DNA of 64,000 nucleotides from the NCBI GenBank assembly GCA_020724585.1, contig DYGS01000001.1, positions 422,002 through 486,001 of the forward strand. Reading direction: 5' to 3'. Shown one piece after another: positions 1-7,284 of this stretch. Position numbers and translations under genes: made by a program. Position 1 is the stretch's first letter. Each line of letters begins with the position of its first letter. The stretch comes from Candidatus Microgenomatus sp. (GTDB taxonomy: Bacteria; Patescibacteriota; Microgenomatia; UBA8517). The notes beneath the pieces were generated by a model. That model saw nothing but the letters and a program-made list of their open reading frames with translations. It did no database searches and had not been told where the DNA came from.

Positions 1-2
1 GA

Positions 3-590
3 GAAGTTGGTTATAATAATTTTATTGGTCTTTTTATAAACACTGAGAGTGAGAAATTTAAGGAAAAAGAGGCAAGGCAGGCAATTGCCTATTCATTAAA
101 AAAAGATTTTCCGGAAACAGAAAGGGCAATTAGCCCAATTTCGCCATTTTCTTGGGCCTATAATCCACAAGTGAAACCGTATAATTTAGATTTAGAAAAG
201 GCCAAGAAAATTAAAGACATGGATATAAAAATAAAAACACTTCCAAACCTGCTTAAAATTGCAGAAAGCATTAAGTCAGACCTTTTAGAGGCTGGTGCAA
301 AAGCTGAGATTGAAGTTGTAACAGTGGTGCCTCAAGAATTCGATCTTTTTTTGGCGACTGTCGATATTCCAAAAGACCCCGATCAATATAGTCTATGGCA
401 TTCAACACAAACTGGAACAAATATATCTAAATTCAAAAATCCTAGAATTGATAAACTTTTAGAAGATGGGAGAAAAGAGCTTGATCAAGAGACAAGGAAG
501 AAAATATATCTAGACTTTCAAAGGTTTTTAGTAGAAGAAGTTCCTGCGGTTTTTTTGTATCATCCCAATTTTTATACTGTAAGAAGGTAA
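3..590 (+). CDS. ABC transporter substrate-binding protein family 5, C-terminal part (starts before window)
   Basis: Frame open from nt 3; DPDQYSLWHS...N.SKFKNPRIDKLLE.GR...R.KIY..FQ..L.EEVPAVFLY is a typical SBP_bac_5 C-terminus. Confidence 0.85.
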   Translation, partial: EVGYNNFIGLFINTESEKFKEKEARQAIAYSLKKDFPETERAISPISPFSWAYNPQVKPYNLDLEKAKKIKDMDIKIKTLPNLLKIAESIKSDLLEAGAKAEIEVVTVVPQEFDLFLATVDIPKDPDQYSLWHSTQTGTNISKFKNPRIDKLLEDGRKELDQETRKKIYLDFQRFLVEEVPAVFLYHPNFYTVRR

Positions 591-594
591 AATG

Positions 595-668
595 GGTGAT
601 TGACGGGTCCCGCCCCCGCGACCTTCCCCTCCACAGGGGGACGCTCTGCTAACTGAGCTACAATCACC
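595..668 (-). tRNA. tRNA-His(GTG), encoded G-1, atypical T-loop GGCGGGA
   Basis: Cloverleaf GGTGATTGTAGCTCAGTTAGCAGAGCG-TCCCC ctGTGga GGGGA...CAATCACC. Confidence 0.9.
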
Positions 669-747
669 GAGTAACTCGAGGTGAGTGCTAAGGTTTCCCT
701 TACAATCACCGAGTAACGCGAATCCTAAACAAATCCTATAGTAAGTG

Positions 748-818
748 AGCGGGATAGGGGAGTCGAACCCCTCTCCTCAGCTTGGAAAGCTGGTGTTGAG
801 CCGATCAACTAATCCCGC
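748..818 (-). tRNA. tRNA-Gly(TCC)
   Basis: GCGGGAT/ATCCCGC acceptor, anticodon loop ttTCCaa, GGTTCGACTCC T-arm. Confidence 0.9.
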
Positions 819-864
819 TTACAAAAAATATTTTAACAAAAAAATTTGTCGATGTCTGCGTGTG

Positions 865-937
865 TCGGGGTGCTCGGATTTGAACCGAGGACCTCTCGCT
901 CCCAAAGCGAGCGCTCTACCAACTGAGCCACACCCCG
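865..937 (-). tRNA. tRNA-Pro(TGG)
   Basis: CGGGGTGTGGCTCAGTTGGTAGAGC, loop ttTGGga, GGTTCAAATCC. Confidence 0.95.
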
Positions 938-1223
938 AATTAGTTCATAATTAAATTATTTTAATTGTGTGCATGATATACTTGAAATCCGAAATTATTT
1001 TAGGAATCTAAAATAATTGTTACTCTCATATTTCGAAAACAACTTGTAATGTTCACTCCGGCTCGGTCTCTGGCCCCGCCTTCGCATTATTTTCGCGTGC
1101 AATTTTATGTTTGCTAACGCAAACAACGATTGCTAAAGAGCAATCATATTATACCAGCCACAAAACATTAAAGCCACAAATCTATGCCTCGTGTTTTCAT
1201 GCAAGTATGATATTATTTCTTTA

Positions 1224-1970
1224 ATGAAGCAGATAACTTACAACAAAAAGACATTTTTCGAAAAGTACAGCCAGATGACTCGCTCTATCAAAGGCCTTGA
1301 AGGGGCTGGAGAATGGAAAACCCTTGAAAAGATGCTACCTAATTTTAAGGGAAAGAGAGTACTTGATCTGGGCTGTGGTTTTGGGTGGCATTGTCAATAT
1401 ACTATAGAACATGGTGCAGTATCTGTAGTTGGTATTGATATTTCAGAGAAAATGCTAGCTGTTGCAAAACAAAAAACTTCAAAAGAAATAAAATACATCT
1501 GTGAATCCATTGAAAATGCAAAATTTCCTAAAAATTCTTTTGATGTAGTAATTAGTTCGCTGGCATTTCACTATTTAAAATCGTTTAATGACATTGTTAA
1601 AAATGTTTCTATGTGGTTGGTTAAAAATGGCGAGTTCGTGTTTTCAGTAGAACATCCTGTTTTCACAGCTTATGGCACGCAAGATTGGTATTATGATTCT
1701 GATGGGAAAATTTTACATTTTCCTGTCGATAATTATTTTTATGAAGGTAAACGAGAGGCAATTTTTCTCGGCGAAAAAGTTCAAAAATACCACAGGACAT
1801 TAACAACATACATTAATTCTTTGTTACAAGCTGGTTTTGAGATAACAGGTGTAACAGAACCCCAACCTGACAAAACGAAACTTGAAACAGTAAAAGGCAT
1901 GAAAGACGAGTTGCGCCGTCCAATGATGTTGATAGTGTCTGCAACAAAAAAGATAAAGACCAAAAAATAG
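1224..1970 (+). CDS. Class I SAM-dependent methyltransferase
   Basis: VLDLGCGFG motif I, FDVVISSLAFHY; ATG at 1224 preferred to GTG at 1191. Confidence 0.9.
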   Translation: MKQITYNKKTFFEKYSQMTRSIKGLEGAGEWKTLEKMLPNFKGKRVLDLGCGFGWHCQYTIEHGAVSVVGIDISEKMLAVAKQKTSKEIKYICESIENAKFPKNSFDVVISSLAFHYLKSFNDIVKNVSMWLVKNGEFVFSVEHPVFTAYGTQDWYYDSDGKILHFPVDNYFYEGKREAIFLGEKVQKYHRTLTTYINSLLQAGFEITGVTEPQPDKTKLETVKGMKDELRRPMMLIVSATKKIKTKK

Positions 1971-2117
1971 AACATTAATAATTTTTTGATTTTTATTTTA
2001 GTGTGCAATTTTTCTTGCCTGCGGGTGAGAGCGAACAACACAAAACATCAAACAATTAGTATTTTAACTTAAAAAATGGGTTATTGAAAGCTGAAGTTAT
2101 CGTAAATCCTTTTGTGT

Positions 2118-2780
2118 TTATTGTGTTAATTTGAAAGTGGAGAGGATCTGACTAAAGGTATTTTCTGACTTTGTAGAATCGGTATTTGGCTCTATTACGA
2201 ATCTGATAATTCCCTTCCCCTTAACATCCACAACATATTCTAAGGAGTCGAACATTAATCCACCTTGAACTACTGTGAATGTATAGTCACCGATTGTCTT
2301 TTTCCCGATTATTTTTCCAGACTGGGTTTCCTCAAGCCATTCGGCTAAGGTCACACTTTGACTAAACCAAACAAAAAAACGATTCCCATGACTTGTTTCA
2401 AGTGAAATTAATCCAGAATTAGGTATGCCTGTTTGTGTTTTCCATTCCGACGGGTATTTAAAACGAAATCCAACCTCACTATTTGTGTATGTTTTCCAAT
2501 TCGCAGTTGGGTCAAGGGTAGAACTTGGATTAGTTGTTGATGTTGGACTATTTACATAAGGAGTAGCTGTAGGATTGGTTTGCACTTCATTATTTACATA
2601 TTTAGAATTTGATGATTGTTTTCCTAAATAATATCCACCAAAACCAAAAATTAAAGAGCAAATCAAAGCTACTCCTACTATTGTTAAATAATTTGTTTTT
2701 GCTATTGCAACAGGCTGGACAACTGGATTTTGACCAACTTGCGGAAGATTTTGTCCTGCAGGATTGCTTTGATTTTCCAT
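2118..2780 (-). CDS. Single-pass membrane protein with Thr/Pro linker and PsbP-like extracellular domain
   Basis: TM helix, TPT-rich linker, WKTYTN..GFRFKYP.EW and F.QILSTFK motifs common in CPR surface proteins. Confidence 0.75.
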   Translation of the reverse strand: MENQSNPAGQNLPQVGQNPVVQPVAIAKTNYLTIVGVALICSLIFGFGGYYLGKQSSNSKYVNNEVQTNPTATPYVNSPTSTTNPSSTLDPTANWKTYTNSEVGFRFKYPSEWKTQTGIPNSGLISLETSHGNRFFVWFSQSVTLAEWLEETQSGKIIGKKTIGDYTFTVVQGGLMFDSLEYVVDVKGKGIIRFVIEPNTDSTKSENTFSQILSTFKLTQ

Positions 2781-3094
2781 AAATACCTTTCAATAAAAAG
2801 TATATCATAAACTTTTGGGAAAGTGGTAAACTGAACTAGAACATTAAAATTTTTTGCATTTTTATTTTCGCCTAACGGCAATGTTCGAGCCAACTTTTTT
2901 GCGGAAGGCGAGGCCGAAGGCCGAGCCGGAGCGATCAATTCGCGTTATTTTTGAAATGCGAAAGTAACAATAATTTTGGATTCCTAAAATAATTTCGAAT
3001 TTTCGAATACATAGTGCACAAACTGGGAGTGATTGCGTATTTGCTCGCGACACCCGCGCCGGACGCGAGCAAAATTTCGCAGAGTCTTTTTTTG

Positions 3095-3178
3095 TGTCGA
3101 GGGAGGGACTCGAACCCTCACGGATTATACATCCACTGGCTCTTAAGGCCGGCGTGTCTACCATTTCACCACCTCGAC
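3095..3178 (-). tRNA. tRNA-Leu(TAA)
   Basis: GTCGAGGTGGTGAAATGGTAGACAC, loop ctTAAga, long variable arm, GGTTCGAGTCC. Confidence 0.95.
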
Positions 3179-3238
3179 AAATATTTCAAATAGCAAGTGA
3201 AAATGGCCAAGCTTTGCTTACCATTTCACCACCTCGAC
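3179..3238 (-). repeat. Upstream duplicate of tRNA-Leu(TAA) 5' 20 nt plus AGCAAAGCTTGGCCA hairpin insert
   Basis: 3219-3238 identical to 3159-3178; core motif at 3204-3218. Confidence 0.9.
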
Positions 3239-3300
3239 TAGTACGACTATACATATTTTATCAAATTATAGTAAAATTTACTTGACTGATTCATGTTTAT

Positions 3301-3423
3301 AGCAAATCCAGAAAACCATAAGCGTAAGGCTTGTAAAATGAATGGATTAATAAATCATACTGAATTCGTAGGATTCCGTATGAAGCTAAAAGATACCACG
3401 AGTGTAAACCCGTGGAGCTTCAT
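3301..3423 (+). mobile_element. Degenerate IS200/IS605-type miniature element
   Basis: Follows TTAT, ends TCAT, GAAAACCA...ATGAA left-end and GATACCACG...CGTGGAG right-end hairpins like the 108-bp element at 19624 and 26036. Confidence 0.6.
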
Positions 3424-3461
3424 TGAATGCTGATATGTCATAAAAATAAGAAACTTACTCG

Positions 3462-3950
3462 ATGTTAGACTTACACGATGTTAGACTTACAAAAAATGAA
3501 GCAACTCAATTTGCCAATATAATGCTAGGCCATTTTTTTTATCATGCCAATCTTCATCACAGAAAAACAATTTTTTTACCAAATGGGACCAAGTATAATG
3601 TTAAAACTATTATTTCTGGAGGAAAAATAAACAAGAATATAGAAAATCAACCAAAACTTGGAGGCATTATAGGTCACGCAGTACAGAGAGACTTATGTGT
3701 TGATATACCAGTTTATAAAGTTGATGAATTTTCAATAGATTTAATACCATTTCTATTGCATTCGCCCATCAGCATTTCTGAATCAATTTACCAAAAATAC
3801 AGGCATGTTTTAGGTTTGAGAAAGAAGCAGATAATGCAAATGAATTGTTATATAAGAAAATTCGAAGTTATCTCTTGTCTTGTGCGCCTAGAGGGAATCG
3901 GACCCCCATCAATAGCTTCGAAGGCTACTGCTCTATCCGTTGAGCTATAG
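3462..3950 (+). CDS. Hypothetical protein; 3' end runs antisense over tRNA-Arg
   Basis: 162-aa ORF with no recognisable motif; may be a truncated gene. Confidence 0.4.
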   Translation: MLDLHDVRLTKNEATQFANIMLGHFFYHANLHHRKTIFLPNGTKYNVKTIISGGKINKNIENQPKLGGIIGHAVQRDLCVDIPVYKVDEFSIDLIPFLLHSPISISESIYQKYRHVLGLRKKQIMQMNCYIRKFEVISCLVRLEGIGPPSIASKATALSVEL

Positions 3951-3954
3951 GCGC
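3883..3954 (-). tRNA. tRNA-Arg(TCG)
   Basis: GCGCCTATAGCTCAACGGATAGAGC, loop ctTCGaa, T-loop TCCGATT. Confidence 0.9.
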
Positions 3955-3974
3955 ATGCTATAATTATACCTTAT

Positions 3975-5045
3975 ATGTTGACCATAACCCAACAAATTGA
4001 GGAAATTGAACAAGTGCTTCGCAAAACTCCTCATCATAAGGCTACAAACGGTTTTATAGGTGCTATGAGAGCTAAAATTGCCCGTCTGAAAGATAAAGAG
4101 CTTGAAACCAGCAGTAAAGGCGGAGGCGGAGTCGGCTATGCAGTCAAAAAGCAGGGTCATGCTACAACTATCCTTATTGGACCTCCGTCGGCAGGTAAAT
4201 CAACACTTTTAAATCTATTAACCAATGCAGAAAGCAAAGTTGCTCCATATGCTTTTACGACCGTTTCAGTAATTCCGGGTATGCTTAAATATAGACAGGC
4301 TTATATTCAAATTTTGGATGTTCCCGGACTAATTGAAGGCGCCTCGATTGGCAAGGGAAGAGGTAAGGAAGTTTTGTCTGTTGCTCGAGGGGCAGATTTA
4401 TTAATAATTATGACTGATCCAAAAAGGCTTAATTTTTTTGAAACTTTAACTAAAGAGCTTTATGGCGCGGGAATAAGAATTAACAAAAAAAGGCCTGATA
4501 TTAGAATTGAAAAATTGTTGTCAGGGGGTATAACTATTCGGTCAAATTTTAAGCAGGATTTTGATCAAGAAACTGTCAAAAATGTTGCGGGCGAATTTGG
4601 TATCAAAAATGCAATCATTACTTTAAAGGAAAAAGTAACAATTGATGAATTGGTTGATGTTTTTACAACAAGAATAACATATAAAAAGGCTATATTTGTG
4701 GTTAATAAGGCAGATACTATTAAAAATAAGTTCACACGATCTCAAGACTATATTTATATAAGCGCTGAAGATAATAAAGGCGTAGAAGATTTAAAAGAAA
4801 TAATCTGGAATAAGCTGGATCTTGTAACCATTTATTTAGTTGAGAAAGATAAAAAACCTTCAAAAGAAAATCCTATTATTATGAAACATAATGATACGCT
4901 TGATAGTGTGGCTCTTAAAATTGGTAGTGAGTTTAGACAGGGTATTAATCTTGCCAAAATTTGGGGTAGTGGAGCAAAATTTGACGGCCAAGAGGTACCG
5001 CTTACGACTAAAGTTGTTGATGGGATGATGATTAGATTCATATAA
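3975..5045 (+). CDS. DRG/Rbg-family OBG-class GTPase with C-terminal TGS domain
   Basis: TPHHKATN N-terminus, GPPSAGKST, YAFTT, DVPG, NKAD, AKIWG.GAKF.GQ.V. Confidence 0.9.
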   Translation: MLTITQQIEEIEQVLRKTPHHKATNGFIGAMRAKIARLKDKELETSSKGGGGVGYAVKKQGHATTILIGPPSAGKSTLLNLLTNAESKVAPYAFTTVSVIPGMLKYRQAYIQILDVPGLIEGASIGKGRGKEVLSVARGADLLIIMTDPKRLNFFETLTKELYGAGIRINKKRPDIRIEKLLSGGITIRSNFKQDFDQETVKNVAGEFGIKNAIITLKEKVTIDELVDVFTTRITYKKAIFVVNKADTIKNKFTRSQDYIYISAEDNKGVEDLKEIIWNKLDLVTIYLVEKDKKPSKENPIIMKHNDTLDSVALKIGSEFRQGINLAKIWGSGAKFDGQEVPLTTKVVDGMMIRFI

Positions 5046-5047
5046 AT

Positions 5048-5875
5048 ATGAAAGATTATAAATTATTAGATTCAGGAAATGGACGCAGATTAGAGCAATT
5101 CGGTAAATATATAGTAGATAGACCAGATCCAGAAGTTATGTGGGAAAAAACACTACCTCAAGTTAAGTGGGATAGTGCCGATGCTAAATTTTATAATAAT
5201 TGGAATAGTAGAATTGATTTGAGTAAACCATGGCAAGTTAAATACGATGGTCTCACTATTAACCTAAAATTAACTCCATTTAAGCATATAGGTATATTTC
5301 CTGAACAAGAGTTTGAATGGGAAATAATTAAAAATCAATTAAAAACTGTAAATGGAAAAAAAGTTTTAAGTCTGTTTGGATATACGGGGGTAGCTAGTCT
5401 TGTTGCTTTGCAAAATAATGCAGAGGTTACTCATGTCGATGCCTCAAGACCTGCCATTTCTTGGTTTAGAGAAAACCAAAAATCTTCAAATCTTTTAAAT
5501 AAACCCTGTCGAATAATAATTGATGATTGTTTAAAATTTGCCGAAAAAGAATTTAATAGGGGTAAAAAATATGATGGAATAATTATGGATCCACCTAGCT
5601 ATGGGCATGGTCCGAAGGGTGAAGTTTGGAATTTTAGCAAAGATTTTGCCAAACTTGTTGCAGTATCCGTAAAATTATTAACAGATAACCCATTGTTTTT
5701 GATAATAAACGCCTACAGCGTATCTGTATCTCCAACCACTATAGCAAACTTAATCAGGGAAAAACTTGCAGACAAAAAAGGTGAAGTATTATCGGGAGAG
5801 TTATCTTTAAAAGAAGAATCTAGTGGGAAAATACTAACAACTGGGATTTACACCATTTGGCGTAAATTAGATTAG
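5048..5875 (+). CDS. RlmI/RlmK-like SAM-dependent methyltransferase
   Basis: YKLLDSGNGRRLEQFG, LFGYTG, IIMDPPSYG. Confidence 0.85.
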   Translation: MKDYKLLDSGNGRRLEQFGKYIVDRPDPEVMWEKTLPQVKWDSADAKFYNNWNSRIDLSKPWQVKYDGLTINLKLTPFKHIGIFPEQEFEWEIIKNQLKTVNGKKVLSLFGYTGVASLVALQNNAEVTHVDASRPAISWFRENQKSSNLLNKPCRIIIDDCLKFAEKEFNRGKKYDGIIMDPPSYGHGPKGEVWNFSKDFAKLVAVSVKLLTDNPLFLIINAYSVSVSPTTIANLIREKLADKKGEVLSGELSLKEESSGKILTTGIYTIWRKLD

Positions 5876-6517
5876 TGTGATCTGTTACGAAAAAATTCGA
5901 ACTGATTTTCAGCGTGTTTCCTCGCTCGCCCCTGCGGGGCTCGCTTAACAACATTTTTCTCAAGTGCGATTTTTTGTGTTTGGCTTCGCGAAACTAGAAA
6001 CACAGAACACAAAACTTCAAAGAACAAAAGCAATTATACTACCCTCGAAACGAGGTTGGTATATCAGATTCTTTGAATCTGTTATAACACAAAACTACGG
6101 AAGCCTGACGGATTACCGTCAGGTACTTAGTCAACTCCATTGACTGGCCGTAAATACGGACTTTTGTCCATGTTACCGTCCGCTGGACGGTTAACGGCTA
6201 GCCGTTTGGACAAAATAAGAACATTTCAGTCGCAATTGGCCCTATGGGGCAAACAAAGTTCTTCGAAACTTATCCAAAATATATCCTATAACTTGACAAT
6301 GTGTGGTGGTGGCGGTACAATTAGCTTCAGTAAATCGAAAAACTTGGGTTTGAATGCAGACTTATAGTTTTTCAATTTAATCTTTAAGTTTCTTGCACTT
6401 TAAAAATTGCGTATTATTTCTCCGTTCCAAGTAGGTAGTTTTCTGGATATTTTTGTATTTAGAAAAATACCTATTTGGGTAGAAAAAAATCGATTTTTTT
6501 CAAAAAGGAGAAATAAA

Positions 6518-7207
6518 ATGAACACACTATCGAAGAAGGATCTTGCCAAACTTGCGGTTATCAAACCAAGACCCGGCAACGACATCAGGAATATCGCCAA
6601 GGAGATGGCCGATCGTGCCAATCGTTACGATATCCGCGTCACGTGCGTCTTCAATGATGTACAATTTACCGTCAACCCCGGCATGAATTGGGAAGATGGC
6701 TTCAACCTCTGGAAGGAGGAAATGGATCGGCAGGATCGGCAATGGCAGAAGTCCATGAAGGCAGAAGTTGCACACCGACATCAGCTCGACATGCAAATCA
6801 AGCACCAAAAGCGCGTGAATCATGGCTACGATGTAATTCGGACCGGAAAGCTTTCAGTTCCGTTTTGAAAATACATCGGCTTCAAACTCGCGGTCAAAAA
6901 GCATTCATCTTCCGATCTTGACAGATTGGTGATTGAATACGCTCTGGCGTGGGGAATCGAAATGCAGAAGGCCATGAAAAACGGCGCGAAACTCGCAGAC
7001 GTTGCAGATCAACTCTCTCACGAAGTTGACAATGGAATGTCTGGTTTCTCGCATGGTTTGGCTGTCGCTTTCCTGTGTCGCTACTGGAAACATAGTGCAG
7101 AACTTCGTCTCTGGCACAATCGTCAATATGGCGTCTCTGATGAAGAATCGAAGGCCCACAAAGGCGAAGTTGTCAATCCCGCGATCATTCGCATTTCAAG
7201 TAAATAG
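6518..7207 (+). pseudogene. GC-rich hypothetical protein gene split by one in-frame TGA (6866-6868)
   Basis: SD AAGGAG before ATG 6518; ORFs 6407-6868 and 6926-7207 share a frame and 6869-6925 has no stop. Confidence 0.7.
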
Positions 7208-7230
7208 TAGTTCATCGCAACAAAGTTCAA

Positions 7231-7284
7231 GAAACACCCTCCACACGGAGAAAGATTGTTTGCTTTTATTAGCAGATGGTTTTT
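7231..7284 (+). terminator. Long-stem terminator-like hairpin
   Basis: AAACACCCTCCA...TGGAGGGTGTTTT directly after the cargo gene. Confidence 0.6.

Larger units (their letters stand above)
968..3020. mobile_element. Putative non-autonomous element 1 with ~120-bp imperfect terminal inverted repeats and two cargo genes
   Basis: 968-1086 aligns as reverse complement to 2900-3020; ends TGTG...CACA; flanks AATTG/AACTG. Confidence 0.7.

Noticed and set aside
745-954. ORFs overlapping tRNA genes (also 2862-3164, 3094-3285, 7549-7845, 18819-19181, 19070-19363, 23023-23281, 5' part of 24922-25173)
   Set aside because: They are translations of tRNA genes and GC-rich repeats, not proteins.
2869-2940. 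Integron attC site (GCCTAAC followed by a GC palindrome)
   Set aside because: No complementary GTTRRRY box at a suitable distance and no intI; better explained as part of the element 1 inverted repeat.
3159-3238. tRNA-linked direct repeats as a CRISPR array
   Set aside because: Only two copies per locus, repeats are tRNA sequence and differ between loci, and no cas genes are in the window.
6866-6868. Genome-wide TGA recoding (code 25 or 4) or selenocysteine
   Set aside because: thrS, pheS, rpsP and tyrS end at TGA at expected lengths, long genes have no internal TGA, and no SECIS-like hairpin is evident after this codon.
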